From Cyanophora paradoxa CCMP329 (lineage: Eukaryota > Plantae > Glaucophyta), in assembly GCA_004431415.1 (NCBI GenBank), contig QPMI01000245.1, forward strand, positions 43,886 to 107,885: 64,000 nt of DNA, in the 5' to 3' direction. The translations under genes and the position numbers were made by a program. Of the stretch, positions 10,701 to 22,113 are shown piece by piece. The notes beneath the pieces are model-generated. The model did no database searches. It was not told where the DNA came from and saw nothing but the letters and a program-made list of their open reading frames with translations. The stretch's first letter is position 1, and each line of letters starts with the position of its first letter.

Positions 10701-12287
10701 CTCTTCAACCGCGGGGCAGGCCGACGCGCGGTGGCCAGGCTTCCCGCAGTTGTAGCAGTTGCCGTTGATGGGGCCGGTGCCCGGGGGACCGGGGCTCGTG
10801 CGCCCGTTCGCGCCCGGGGCGGGGTAGAACCGGCGCTTGGGATCGCCGGCTCCCGCGCCCATCGGCCCGCGGCGCTTAGTCGGGCTGATCGCCGACCACT
10901 CGGGCAAGGGCCGCGGGTTGGTCCGGCACTCAAACGAGTAGTGCGATTCGCCGCAGTGGCACGGCCGCCGGGGCTTCTCGGGGAGGCCCCGGGCCTTCAG
11001 AAAATCTTTGATCTTTTGCTGATAGACCGGGTCATCGAGGCGAGGCGGCGGTGCGGACGCCGACGGGTAGAGCGCGCGGACTACGGCGAGGGGCTCGTCC
11101 TGAGCAATGAGCTGCAGGAACAAGACGACCTCGGCGTTCTGATCCTCGCCGTCGTCTGCGTCCCACCCGTGGGCCTCGAGCTCTGCGAGCTCGGCCTCCG
11201 TCACCGTCGTCGCGAACATGATGCGCGTGCCCGCGCCGGCGCCCGCGTTCGAGCGCGAGGGGACAACGGGAACGGCCGGCGTGTGCGTGGTCGGCGGCGC
11301 GCTCTGCGGCGTGCGCGAGGCAGCCGTGGGCGCCTGCAGCGGTGTTCCGCGCGCTCCCAGCACCAAGGCCGAGCCAGGGACTTTAGAGATATCGACGTCC
11401 CAGGCGCCCAGTTCATTGGTGCGCTTGGTTACAAGGTCGATGACCGCAGAGGGTCCCGTGATCTCGCGGTCCGCGATCTTCTGCGACAGCTCGTCGTAGA
11501 TCTTCCGAGCCGTGGCGAAGTTCGTGATCATGTGCCGGCGATCGGTGTCCGAAATCTCGGAGTCTTCGAAGTCGCGGCACTGATTGCGAGTGCGGCGCTT
11601 GAGCATTTGGCCCGCGTGGCGCATGAGTGCCATGAGCGGCGTCTCGTGCGCTTCGCGGCACTCCGGGATGATGCTCAAGTCGAGGATTCGGCGGTAGAAC
11701 GCCTCCGGCGCCTCGCCCACGTGCGGCAGGTCGAGGAGCGCCTTGTACCGGTCAGGGTTCCGCATCTCGGCGTCATCTTCGAGACGGCGCCTGATCGCGG
11801 TGTACGTGACCGTGAGGGCGGTCCGCTGCAAGCCCTCCTCGGCTTGCGCGATCTTCTCGTCGAGCGTCTCAAGGATCGCGACGTCCCACGAGTCCTCCGT
11901 GCTCGTGCGCGCGCGCTCAGCCCGGTACGCCCTCAGCTTCTCGAGCTCGCGCGTGTCGATCTGCTCGGCGCTCTGGAACAACGAGATGTTCTGGCGCACG
12001 GGGTGCCCGTGATCTAGCGTGCTGAGAAGAGCCCACCCAGTTCGCTTCTGCACTTCGATGTGTGCAGTCGGCGAGACACTAAGCAAGTCCTTGCTCATGC
12101 TCGCGCAGCTCTCGAACTGGCGGAGGTGGTCCTGAACCGTGCGCTGATCGCTGCCCGGCGGCAGCTTCGGCAGGCTCTGGATCCATTGCAAAACATTTGA
12201 TCCGCTCATAGAGTCCATGTCGGCGGCGCCACGCGCGTGCGCGGCCCGGACGACGAACTCCGCGGAGGCTCCGGTCCCCGAGGACAT
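7680..12287 (-). CDS. gag: Gag-like polyprotein with zinc knuckle and a long C-terminal extension
   Basis: 1535-aa ORF with a helical N-terminal region, a degenerate knuckle CHCGESHYSFEC and a canonical CX2CX4HX4C. Confidence 0.8.
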   Translation of the reverse strand: MSSGTGASAEFVVRAAHARGAADMDSMSGSNVLQWIQSLPKLPPGSDQRTVQDHLRQFESCASMSKDLLSVSPTAHIEVQKRTGWALLSTLDHGHPVRQNISLFQSAEQIDTRELEKLRAYRAERARTSTEDSWDVAILETLDEKIAQAEEGLQRTALTVTYTAIRRRLEDDAEMRNPDRYKALLDLPHVGEAPEAFYRRILDLSIIPECREAHETPLMALMRHAGQMLKRRTRNQCRDFEDSEISDTDRRHMITNFATARKIYDELSQKIADREITGPSAVIDLVTKRTNELGAWDVDISKVPGSALVLGARGTPLQAPTAASRTPQSAPPTTHTPAVPVVPSRSNAGAGAGTRIMFATTVTEAELAELEAHGWDADDGEDQNAEVVLFLQLIAQDEPLAVVRALYPSASAPPPRLDDPVYQQKIKDFLKARGLPEKPRRPCHCGESHYSFECRTNPRPLPEWSAISPTKRRGPMGAGAGDPKRRFYPAPGANGRTSPGPPGTGPINGNCYNCGKPGHRASACPAVEEQIQASVRRALAEQTGGQAGANDPATIQIARALLEQVVRAAPAASGALLGAPLAHTGSGPVAAPSPAELRSAKHVYRVRIVRSDEATLEDTLRVFIAAAVANAAALKNPQEGPALDTVAAAATAFTVAVAQLTAENRPDLCPPGPELEEPAPRAAQDLLPTRPESGLDEGEKKVAFDAVDAALEEIALLLAAAPDPTEVEGADAEAKGPAPTPAPTSSPAELAAGIVDAALEEVALLLAAAPDPTEVEGADAEAKGPEPATELAPAESVPEATAAEAPADPAAGVGCCLEYSSGAETVASLEVTDDGASLADEDMAVAAKETLRLNRARLLAASSGLDLTHFGAVELGPEKGREHELGPVPLWNVDAHKLKGAASVPLDRAAFLYPAPCETHCGCTVSEGLIEVRDEQWYATAFRCPARTRQTLSFLLAAFSQPLATESTYLDSRALPTAFLQMLGHDPLSQDTLAHAWPTHYYEIMSLTHQASRVAAKWSGGHAWPHAEGLTSEGRPAVEPDVHKLAKLGDECVATAGWLDPYRRHWSIGQHSPAAASLEPHEMTVSGRRQLVELSELLPAQDRLRLACAATVAGYYLHRVDYGAPGTAGAVEKILGRFFKFAEPLMVDSRVDAYGFALLALEHAIQWRAVACIGGRAGPHDAHKSAVAPADGDLLVPSDSEFTAAVHSLAVLALSVEIPIPGRARLRSDRDTEGWLRAALAERLTAYRDGRAPAFPFVHEGEPCAVERVPVDPRVAAARVLHLRDLPLCNAWLHGPHLQGTEPSTWRVGRVRPITRSTQLPLHGTTRGGQLPTIVPEELYVLSQLGPSPPLTALCDAAWARTVPGSAGAAELLRYIEGAQAGDRAHLVILFRRLLKKQAGFNDEAVKDMIALVEKWRTDAGSRTPTPLHDLPTTPKPASDTTGAYTAKAVSATIREAKACPPPRPPVKVPSPRDTPAPMRSARPAPAPVPPPAPTAKLVTLHAAVTWPPLASPLAPRPAAAPTPPAPAPAPVEPA
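9932..10169. repeat. 94-bp internal direct repeat in gag (9932-10025 and 10076-10169)
   Basis: Both copies encode VDAALEE(I/V)ALLLAAAPDPTEVEGADAEAKGP; 2 mismatches. Confidence 0.9.
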
Positions 12288-12514
12288 TCTCAGGTCAAGC
12301 GGCGACGTAAAGTCACGCTAGTCCGTGAGAGAATGTGCCTCGCTCGAGGTCCGAGGCCGTCGTGGTCCACAGCAGCGGCGAGCAAGCTCGGCTGCAGCGA
12401 TTCTGGAGACAGCTCGGGCGCGCACGCCTCAGCCGTCGATCCGATCGCTCTTCGTCTTGTCCAGCACGATCGCAGCAGCCGGAGAAGGCTGGCGTCGCGG
12501 CGAGTGACTGGCGA

Positions 12515-12598
12515 CCGACCGGGAATAGCACCCTCGGGCTCGCACGGCAGCTCGCGCAGGCGGCGTCGACGAATCCGACCGGGAATAGCACCCTCGGG
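12515..12598. repeat. 24-bp direct repeat in the retroelement leader
   Basis: ccgaccgggaatagcaccctcggg at 12515-12538 and 12575-12598. Confidence 0.9.
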
Positions 12599-12656
12599 TA
12601 TTCGCGCGCGGGCCTGGCTTCCACGGGACTAAGTTCTGGTTCTTTCCAGAATGTTC

Positions 12657-12664
12657 GGTCGCCA
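12657..12664 (-). promoter_or_regulatory. Putative primer-binding site (tRNA-Arg-like)
   Basis: Minus strand reads ...CCGCA GT TGGCGACC; TGG follows a CA after 2 nt, upstream of gag. Confidence 0.45.
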
Positions 12665-12666
12665 AC

Positions 12667-13084
12667 TGCGGATCAGCCCGGAGCGGCGCAGGCGGGGCGC
12701 GAGAAGCGACCCACGACCTCTACCGAGGTCTACCTGCGCGCCGGCTGAGCCGCGGTCGCCGAGCTGGGTCGGTTGCTGATGACGGGTCGCTGATGATCGG
12801 GGTTCTAGCTCCGTGAGCCGATGGCGCCTGTCGGATGAGAGGATTCCCACCCGGTGCAGCGTCCGTGCGGTCACGCACGGGCTGTGGCTGTAGCTGGGAG
12901 CACAAGTGGTCTATTCACCAGTGTACCCGTCCAGGGATCGCGTACCCCCAAACGGAGTCGCGCCCGGCGCTAAGTCAGAATACAGAGAGTGCTAGAGCTA
13001 GCTGCTCGATAGCACTAGACTAGGGCTAGCGGCTACGCATAGACTACCGGCTAGCCTAATCCGAGGGAATCGCGGCACGCGACA
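12667..13084 (-). repeat. Putative 5' LTR (alternative inner boundary at 12829)
   Basis: Begins TGTCG at 13084 on the minus strand. Ends either at CA next to the PBS (12667) or at CGACA (12829, giving a 5-bp inverted repeat). The second LTR is not in the window. Confidence 0.35.
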
Positions 13085-13440
13085 GAGTTCTAGGGGTACC
13101 GGTAGTAACGGGCCTAACGGCCCGAGTTTTTGTCTCTTGAATCGGTCAAGTCCCTTTTTTTGCGCAACGCCTTCCTTGATCATGAATGATGGTACTACAG
13201 TAGATACCGGGGTACCCGCCAGCGACGGGCTGGAGCCTGGCGGCCACGTATGCGTGCATCATGGCACCACCTGCTCTGCACTGCAGCTGAGTCTGCAGTC
13301 GCCCCTGTCCCGCTGCAGCTGCTGACTCCCGCACACTGCCCCGCGCTCGTGCAGCGCGCTCGCCATCGGATCATCGCATGGTTCTGATTGCGGGCGGCAG
13401 GCAGGGGCCAGCCGCAGCCGGCGGGGTGGGGCCGGCTGCC

Positions 13441-16400
13441 CTACTGGATGGAGAGGGTCCAGTCGGCGTCGACGGGGGCGGCCGGCTGCCGCAGCGTCAG
13501 CCGCCGCGCCGCCGCGTCGTACTCGAACTCGACAGGGTGCGGGGCCCCGCCGGCGACTGCGATGGAGGCGGCGCGGGGCGCGGCCGGCCAGCCCAGCACC
13601 ACCACCCGCTCCACTACCGTCCCCGGCGCGAACGTCTCCTGCGCGGCGCGGCCCGCTCAGGCACGCCGTCGCCGGCGAGGGGCGGGGGCGGGGGGCGAGG
13701 GCGCGGGGCGGACGGTGCGGGCGGGGAGGGGGATCTCGGCGCCGGCGGCCTTCGAGGTGAGGGCCTTGTCTGCGGGGCCGGCCCGGTGAGAATGGCGCGC
13801 GTGAGCGGGAGAAGGCGCCCGGCGGGCGGCCCACCGGCGAAGGAGAAGGCGCGGTGGATGAAGCCGCCGCTGCCGCACCCCGTCAGGCCCGCCGCGCGGG
13901 GGCGGGGCGGGGCGGGGCGGAGCGGGCGGCACCGCTGGTAGGCGTAGGAGCGGCCGTCGTCGACGTAGAGCTCGCCCTCCGCACGCCCCTGCGCCCCGCC
14001 CGCCTCGCTCGGCCCGGCCCGCGCGGGCGCCGCGCCGCGCCGGGCGGGGCGGGCGGGGCGGGGCGGACGGCGGAGTCGAGGGCGACGAGGAGGGTGTAGG
14101 GGTCGGCGTGGGAGGCGGCCGAGGAGCGGCGCTGGCGCTCGCGGCGCGGCACGACGGAGCCGCCGCGCTGGAAGACCGGCACCACGTCCAGCGGCGCCTG
14201 CACCGTCACCGTCTGCCCGCCCGCCACCGCCGAGCCCTTCCAGTAGTCGTACCACGGCTGCAAGGGGCGTAAGGGCGGCGGCAGCGCGGGGGGGGGCGTG
14301 GAGGCGGACCTGGTCGCCGGGAAGGTAGACGGAGACAGAGGTCTGGCCCTCCTTCACGGCCGGCTTGACGAGGATGTCCCGTCCCACCAGCCACTGGTCG
14401 TCCATCGCGAACGTCGCCGCGTCCGCCGGGTACTCCGCCCACAGCGGCCTGCCACGGCGCTCGGCGCGGCGCGCGGGCGGGGCGAGCGAGGGGAGCGGGG
14501 TGCTCCGCACCGCATCGGGGGCATGCCGGTGACGTGGGCGGCGCGGAAGAGGGTGTACCAGTAGGGGAGGAGGGCGTAGCGGGCCTGGATCGCCGCCCGG
14601 ATGTGCGACGTGTACGGCTCGCCGAACAGCCACGGCTCCCGCCGCTTCGTGTCTGGCGACAGCTCAGCCGGGGCCGGCGGAGCGGGGCGGGGCGGGGGGC
14701 ACCGATGTGGGCGTGGCCGCGGAAGAAGGGCGTGAAGGCGCCTGCCTGGTACCAGCGGACCATCAGCTCCGGGCCCGGGTTGTAGAAGAACCCGCCCACG
14801 TCCGCTGCGCGCGCGCGCGAGAGCGAGCGAGCCGCGTCGGCCGGGGCGGCGCGGAGAGGGGCGGGGGCGGCGGGGCAGCGAAGGCGGGGCGGACCGCCGG
14901 AGAAGACGATGCCGGAGAGGGAGAGGGCGAGGAGCATCGGGCTCGCCGCCTCCAAATGCTCGAACTTGGCCTGCGCCCCGAGGCTCGCGCACGCCCCGGC
15001 CCGGCCCGATGGGCCCCGGCGGGGGCGGCGGCGGGGGGACCTGGTTGTCGCCGGTCCAGACGGCGCCGTACTTCTGGGAGCCGGCGAAGAAGGAGCGGGA
15101 GAGGACGAAGGGGCGGTCCTGCCGCCCGCTCCGCCGCAGGTGGCCCTCGAACGTCGCCGCGTTCTGCGCACCGCCACCCGCCCCTCAGAGGAGAAGGAGG
15201 GCGGGGGCGGGGCGGGGGCGGGGCGGGGGCGGGGCGGGGCGGGGCGGCGGGCCTGAAGGAAGCCGTACATGTTGTGGACGTCGCGGTGCTCCACGCCGCC
15301 CGCGTGCACCGCGTCCTTCGCCGTCTGCAGCTCCGGCCCGTTGAACTGCGTCGGCTGCGCAAAACGAGCTCAGGGGGGCGAGGGGGCGGGGTGCGCGGGC
15401 GGGGCGGGCCTCGTTCATGTCGTTCCAGGTGTAGAGGGTCTTGGTGGAGCCCTTGTACTGGTCGTAGGCGTGCTTGTCCGCGTACCAGCCGCGCACCTCC
15501 GGGCTCAGAAAGTCCAGGTACGACACCGAGCCTGCCCGCCCCGCCGCGCAGCGCGTCAGAGGGGCCAGGCGCGAGCGAGCGGGCGGGCGGGCGGGGACGG
15601 GGGCGGGAACGGGTGCGCACCGGGCCAGCACCAGCCCTCGTAGTCGGAGCCCTCGGCGGTCTTGATGTAGTAGCCCTTGGAGGTCGCCTCCGAGTGGATG
15701 TGGTACCCGCTGTCCCGCTTGATATGCGGGTCGATGATCGTCACCATCTGCCCCCGGGGCAAGTCAGGCGCCGGCCCGCGGGGCGAGTGAGGAAGCGGGG
15801 CGAGCGGGACGGGCGGGGGCGGGGCGGGCCTTGCGGCCGCGGGAGGCGAGGTCCTCCTGCATGGCGGCGGGGTTGGGGAACTTGGTGGCGTCCCACGTCA
15901 TGTACCTGCCCCGGCCCCTCAGCGGGGGCCGAGCGCAGCGGGCAAGGCGGGCTGGGGAGCGGGGGCGCGCTTCTTGCCGTCGGTGTGCTCGATGTCGAGC
16001 CAGAGGACGTCGTACGGGATGTCGTTCTCGTCGAAGCCCTGCGCCACCACCACCTCAGCCCGGGCGAGAAGGGGCGAGGGCCGGGGCGGCGGGTTCGGGC
16101 GGACGGCGTCGACGGCCTTGACGTCCTCCTCGTTGTTGTAGTTCCAGCGGCACTGGTGGTACGCCGTCGCGAAGTACTGCGGCATCGCCGGGCGGCCGGT
16201 GACGGCCGTGTACTGGCGCTGGACGTCGCCGAAGGAGGGCCCCATCATGAAGAAGAGGTCCATCGCCCCGCTCTCCGCCATCCAGTGCGACTCGGGGCCC
16301 GGGCCGGCCTGGCCCCGGCAGAAGAGCGCGCCCAGCAGGCACTGCACCGGTCAGCCGGCGCGGGGCGGGGGCGGCGGAGCAGAGGGAGGGGCGGGACCTT

Positions 16401-17542
16401 CTCGGCGGGCTGCTGGAGGACGTCGACGAACATCTCGCCGGCGTTGAGCCAGAAGACGGCGCTCGTCTTCTCCGCGTCGTGCCCCAGCATCAGCGGCACC
16501 GCCCCGTACAGCCCGATGTTGTTCTCCAGCTCGTACCTGCCCCGGCGTCGGCGGCGGGGCGCGGCGGGAGGGAGTGGGAGCGGCCCGCACTCGAAGATGT
16601 CGAGGGTGTAGAGGCGGTACGGCTCCGTCGACTCGCTCACGCCCTCCCCGCTGCCCCGCGCCCCGTCGCCCGCGCCGGGGCCGGGGCCGGGGCGGGCGCG
16701 GCGGGGGTACCGGGTGGGCTTGAGGGCCATGGAGGTGGCGCGCTCGGGGATGCCGTACACGTGCTTCGCCCCCAGGAACGTGAAATCGGTGCCCATCGAC
16801 GCGGGGCCTGCGCATCCGGCCCCACCCCGCTCGCAACCGCGCCGCGCGGCGAGGCGAGGCGGGCGCGGCGCGGCGGGCGCACCGAAGGGCTTCTTGTCGG
16901 TGTGCGAGCCGAAGGACTCGGAGCCGGCGCTCTCGAGGCCGCTGGAGCCGTCGTCGGGGGAGTTGCGCGCGCGCTCCCAGTTGAAGAGGTTCCGCGCGTT
17001 CATCACGATGGCCGGGCCCTTCGGGCCGCTCACGGTCAGCCGGAACGGCGAGTGCTCGATCTTCACCGACGAGGTGCCGGCGGTCACGACCGTCGCGCCA
17101 GCCTGCGGCGGCGTCGGCGGCGCAGGCGGGGAAGTACTGGAAGGCCCGAGAGAGTTCGCACCTCAGCGGTCTTGGCGTACTGGGCGACCGATGCCTTGAG
17201 GTCCTCCTCCTGCACGACGACTGGCACCTCGAACCGCGGCCGCGCCGGGTTCACTTCTCGAACGCGCAGGCGGAAAGTGGCATCGCGGTAGGGCGTGAGC
17301 TCAAACTGCAGCTTGTTCTCCGCCTGCTCGCTGTGCACAAGCACGCCGACTACACTGCTGCCATCGCCAGCGATGCTCTCAGGCAGCACGCTCCACTTGG
17401 ACGGGTCGCCCGCCTTGTTGAAGCTGCGCTGGCGCTTGCAGAAGCCGGTATCGCCGCACTTGCGAAACTTGTTGGCTTCGAACGCACTCGCAAGGGCGAG
17501 GAACGCGACCAGGGCGACCAGCACCAGCGCCCCGCGACGCAT
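13441..17542 (-). CDS. GANAB: ER glucosidase II alpha subunit (GH31), multi-exon
   Basis: Signal peptide; exonic motifs YRLYTLDIFE, AYHQCRWNY, IPYDVLWLDIEHTDGK, WNDMNE, HRDVHNMYG, WTGDN, ADVGGFF...RWYQAGAFTPFFRGHAH. Confidence 0.95.
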
Positions 17543-17786
17543 CTCGGATGGCCCCCGACGGTCCGCGGCCGACTTTCGATCTACTCCGCGTCGAAAGAAA
17601 GGGCCTCTGATTGTGCGCTTCTGTGTCCTGCTCGAGATTGTGTACCCAGTGCGACGTGCCGTGCCTGTACCCCGCTGAGACGACTGATCTCAAAACCGTG
17701 CCGCAGCGCGCGTATGACACGACACTTCACGTTCTAAGACGCTTTAGCATCTTTTGCGTCAGCAGCATCATTTGCGTCAGTACGCA

Positions 17787-19500
17787 ATGGGCGAGCTGCT
17801 CGAGCTGCCCTCGGAGCTCCTCACGCGCGTGCTGGAGCTCCTCGGCGCGCGGGACGCGTGGAGGGCGCGCGGAACGAGCCGCGCCGTGCGCGCTGCGGTG
17901 GACGGCATCGCCTGGAACGAGCTTGAGGTCCATTACAACATCCCGGGCGACCCCGACGGTCTTTACAAGTTCGTGTGGATCATGGATTCCACGACAAGGC
18001 TCGTCGCGGGCGGGAAACTGCGGCTCGCCCCCTCCGCGACCGTCGGTCTCGTCGGGAACCTGACCGTCACCGACGACGGCCGCGAGTCCGTCCAGCTGGC
18101 CTCCTCGGCGCGCAGACTGCTGCACGCGTGGAGCGCGGCGTGCCCGGCGCCGGGCCTGCGGAAGGTGCGCGCGGGGTTGGCGCTCAGGCTGCTGGGGCAC
18201 GCGGCGCGGTCGCCGGGGCCGGCGGCGATGCTCCACTCGGTGACCGTGAGCGTGCTCGACGGGCTCTTCCCTGCGGCGGATCGGGAGGAGCGGACGACGG
18301 CCCTCTCCTCGCTCAAGCTCGACGTCGTCTTTCCCGACGCCGGGCCGCACGGCTGGGCGGTTCGTTTGCGCGCCGCCCCCGAGCTCCCCCGCCCGGGAGC
18401 AGCGGCCCGAGGCCGGGGCGGGGCAGGTGAGCGCGTCGGACGGGGCGGTGCTGCGGGCGCTGCTGGCGCCGCACGAGGCGCTGCGGTCGCTGCGGCTGCC
18501 GGGCGCGGCGGTGCTGGACCGGCGCGCCCTCGAGTTCCTCGCCGCGGCGTGCCCGCGCCTGCGCCGCCTGCGCTGCAGCCTCGCGGGAGAGGCCGCCCTC
18601 GCCGGCGCCGCCCGCCTGCCCCTCAACGAGCTCCTCGTCTGCGCCTGCGAGGGGCCCCACGGCGCCGGCCTCGCCGCCCTCGCCGCCGGCCCGCCGGCCG
18701 CTCCCTCCGCGAGTTCGCCCCTGCGCGCTCTTCGGGCGCGACGCCGCCGCCGGCGCCGCGGCCGACCTGCCGGGCGCCGCGCGGCCCGACCCGCCCGTCC
18801 TCGGGCCGGCCCTGCGCGCCCTCGCCGCCCTCCCTCCCTCGAGCACATCCACGGCTGGCTCCACGTGCGCCGCCCCCGCGCCCCGCCCCGCCGCCCGAGC
18901 CGAGGCGAGGCGGCCTGGCAGCTGGGGCACCTGACGGGGATCGGGGAGGGGACTTCCGGGCGATGGCCGCCGGCTTCCCCGCCTACGCTCCTCGCCCTCC
19001 GCCTCTACTCCGACGACCAGGCCCGCCCCGCCCGCGCACGCCCGCCCCGCCGCCTTCTCCTCCAACGCCCGGCGCAGGTCCTGTGGCTGACCGCCGCCCT
19101 CCGCGAGTGCCGCTGGCCCCTCGAGCGCCTCGACCTCTGCCTCCGTCCGCCCCGCCCGACGCCCGCCTTCCTCCCCGCTGTTCGTCCGACCCGGCGGCGG
19201 CAGACGGGGTACAGCTGGAGCGCTGGGCGCCCCCCCGCAGTTCGGAGCGGCGGCCCTCTGCGGCCTCGCCGCCGCCGCCGCGCCCGCTTCCCCTTCTCCT
19301 TCTCCCTCTACTCCCAGCGGCCCCTGGAGCCGCCCTGCTCGCCGCCCTCGCCGCCCTCGCCCGCGCCTCGTCGCCGCGCAGATCACCGCCGCGCCCCCGC
19401 CGACGCCGCCGCCGCCGCCGGCCCCCGCGCCGCCCTCGAGGCCCTCGCCAGCGAGAGCCGCCCCGTCCGCATCCGCCTCTTCGAGCCCCCGCGCGTGTGA
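17787..19500 (+). CDS. F-box / LRR-like protein, multi-exon
   Basis: MGELLELPSELLTRVLELLGARDAWRARGTSR (F-box); LAAACPRLRRL LRR-like segments. Confidence 0.7.
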
Positions 19501-19597
19501 GAAGCGACCCGCCTCGCTCTTTCGAGACACGCGTGCCGCGCCGCGGGGCGGGGCGGGGCGGGGCGGGGCGGGCCACGAGAAGAGTCAAAAGCCCTCC

Positions 19598-20907
19598 TCA
19601 CTTGCCCTTGGTCAAGTTCTGGAACCACGAGAAGAATCGGAAGCCCTCCTGAGCGCCCTCCGAGGGCACGCCCTGCGCGGCGCAAGGGGCGGGGCCGAGA
19701 TGTGAGTGCGCGGGAGGGCCCGAGGCGGGGAGGGGGCGGGGGCGGGGGCGGGGGCGGGCCTGGTCGGAGGCGAGGACTTTGGCGAGGAGCTCCTCGTGCT
19801 CGGGGCGGAACTCGGAGAACTTGACGCTCGAGTGGCCCTCGTTGGCGAGCGCCCCCGTCTGCGAGTTCAGCACGCACGCCTCCACGCGCGCCGCGAAGCC
19901 CTCCGCGTCGCCGCTGTACCTGACCCCGCCCCCCGCCCCTCGGCAAAGGCGAAGGCAGCGGGGGCGCCGGCCGCGGGGCGGGGCGGGGCGGCGCACAGCT
20001 CGGCGGCCTCCCGGTTGATGGCCCCCTCGAGGCGCAGCGGCGGCTGGAAGAGCTGCCGGCCCCGTCGGCCGGGGCGGCGCGGGGCGGGCGGGCGAGGGGG
20101 GCACCTTCTTCAGGACCTCGAGGAGCTGGGCCATGGAATTGTTGCGCGTCCAGCTCGGGAACTCGTGCGAGAGGTCCACGTCCCCGTTCGGCGCCACCTG
20201 CCCCCGCCCGCTCGAGACCGCCCCGCGCCCAGCCCCAGGCCCCCGCGCTGCGCCGCGTCGCTCACCCGCGGGTGGAAGACTTTCGTTGTGAACCTGCCGC
20301 CGCGCGCGCGTCAGGGGCCGCCCGTCGCGTGCGCCTCGGCGGCGGACCGTGCGTGCGGTCGGACATCCGGGTACCTGCCGGTCGCGGGCGTTAGCTACAG
20401 GCGCGACGCTGGCGCGCCAAGCGCAACGCACGCTTCAGGGATGTTGATGACGAAGCGGAAGATGCCTGCGGGGGCGGCGCGTTCAGGCGCCGCCGCCGGG
20501 CTGCCAGCGCGCAGCAGCGCTCACCGCCACGATACGGGCCGTCGCGGATAAAGAGTACTCCGTCCCATCGCTGCGGGACGATCAGGAGGGGATTGGCGCA
20601 GCGGGGTCCTTCGCACGAGGATGGAGTCGTTGGAGGGCAGCACGTAGACGCCGCCGCTGCAGTGCGTCCGCAGGTGCTTGTACTCAATGAGAAGGAGGTA
20701 TTCCCGATTTCGCGAGCCGTACGCCGAGCCTGGCGTGCCAGGGCTTCCTGCGGCACCGGAGGGCGTCGCCGGGCTGCGAATCTCCCGCGCTGCGGCGCTG
20801 CGCGTCGGGCAGAGCGAACAAGCGGAGCGATCGGTGAACGCACCGACGGCGCCGCCTGGTCTCTTTGGAGCGCTCTGCGGCGTTCCTCCCGGGCTCGGCC
20901 GCTGCAT
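19598..20907 (-). CDS. AKTIP: AKT-interacting protein / FTS (inactive UBC-fold), multi-exon
   Basis: EYLLLIEYKHL...GGVYVLPS...WDGVLFIRDGPYRGG, IFRFVINIP, GDVDLSHEFPSW, AINREAA. Confidence 0.85.
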
Positions 20908-21151
20908 GCCCCGAGCGACGCTGATGCTCCTGCAGAATGCTGCGGCTTCTCGCGGATGCTAGAGGCTGTTTAAACGCTGGAAGGCCTCGGTCAGTCCGAC
21001 GCGGTCTGCGGCGGTCGAGTTTCCGGGGTAGAGCTGAATCGGAGCACATCGCAAGTTTCCGGCGTGTCGAGAACTCGCAGCAGGCACTTGGTCACAGCCT
21101 TCTTGGACATCGCGCAACCCTCCGGATAGAGCCCCGCGCACGGGAGCCGCG

Positions 21152-22015
21152 ATGGGGTCTCTTGGCTGGCTCACCGAGAGCTCCCTCCTGCCCGGGAAGC
21201 GCCGGAAGATCGAAGGAGTGTCTACGCGCTCGGTTGTCGACCTCAAGGCCGTCCTCTTCTCCAGCGAGGATGCGTTCAACCGGTCTCGCGTCGTCAGCGA
21301 TGCCGGCTACAAGCGCGGCGCCAAGGCGGTGCCCACGCCTCCTCCGTGATCCACTGGCTGCTCTGAATCGCGCCTGACTCTCGCCGCGCCCTCGCAGAGG
21401 CTCGGCAAGGTCAAGGACATGCTCGGGAAGGCGAACGCTGGCGTGGCGGTGCGCAGTGAGAAGGACGTTGCCGAGACATCGCAGGCAGCCGCCCCGAACG
21501 TGTCTGCAGCTCTCGCGGCGAAAGCTCGCATCTACGAGCGCATTCGTGCGTGCCCATGCAGCTTTCGCTGAGCCTTGGCTCATGGGCCCGCGCAGGCCGC
21601 GGGGACCTTGATGACAAGCACGATCGCTTCTTGGTCGACTTTGAGGCAAAGCGCGATGAAGCCGAGGAGCGCCGTGAACCGGAGTACAGACCGACCATGC
21701 TTTCTATTGACATGAAGATGGAGATTGAACGCAAGAAGTGGGAGGAGGATGCCAAGCGGGAGATCGCACAGGGTTCGCGATGAGTGCATCCGTTTGTATC
21801 GCCGAACTCAATTGGTATGTCATGCAGGCGGACCAAAGAACGACGAGGACGAGAGACGAGCAGCACACAGGGAGCTTCTTGAGCAGCTGCAGAAGCAAAC
21901 GGAGAAGGAGAGGCGAGCACGAAACAACCTGCGGGAGCGAAGAAAACAGGCGGCTGTGAAGCGCATTCTTTTCGCGAGGAAACAGGCCCTCAAGGGCTCG
22001 GAGGGAGGGACATGA
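21152..22015 (+). CDS. CCDC174-like coiled-coil protein, multi-exon
   Basis: MGSLGWLTESSLLPGKRRKIEGV...VVDLKAVL, NAGVAVRSEKD, LAAKARIYER, FLVDFEAK, then a charged coiled-coil tail. Confidence 0.75.
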
Positions 22016-22113
22016 TCCGTGCAGCTAGACAACAATCGGGGATCAGCAGTAGTTGTAAAGCTAGATAAGGGAAGCCCGCTCAGGTATTTGACGTCAATAT
22101 TCTGGCTTTAGTT

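Larger units (their letters stand above)
1..13084 (-). mobile_element. Large LTR-type (Ty3/gypsy-like) retroelement, 5' portion; continues beyond the left window edge
   Basis: Intronless long ORFs in an intron-dense genome. Gag CCHC knuckle CYNCGKPGHRASAC (10716-10757), retropepsin VDTGA...ILLGLD, -1 slippery site into a downstream frame, and a PBS-like TGGCGACC. RT and integrase are not in the window, so the superfamily is inferred. Confidence 0.8.

Noticed and set aside
1-13084. DIRS/Ngaro or LINE element
   Set aside because: An aspartic protease and a PBS-like site point to an LTR-type element
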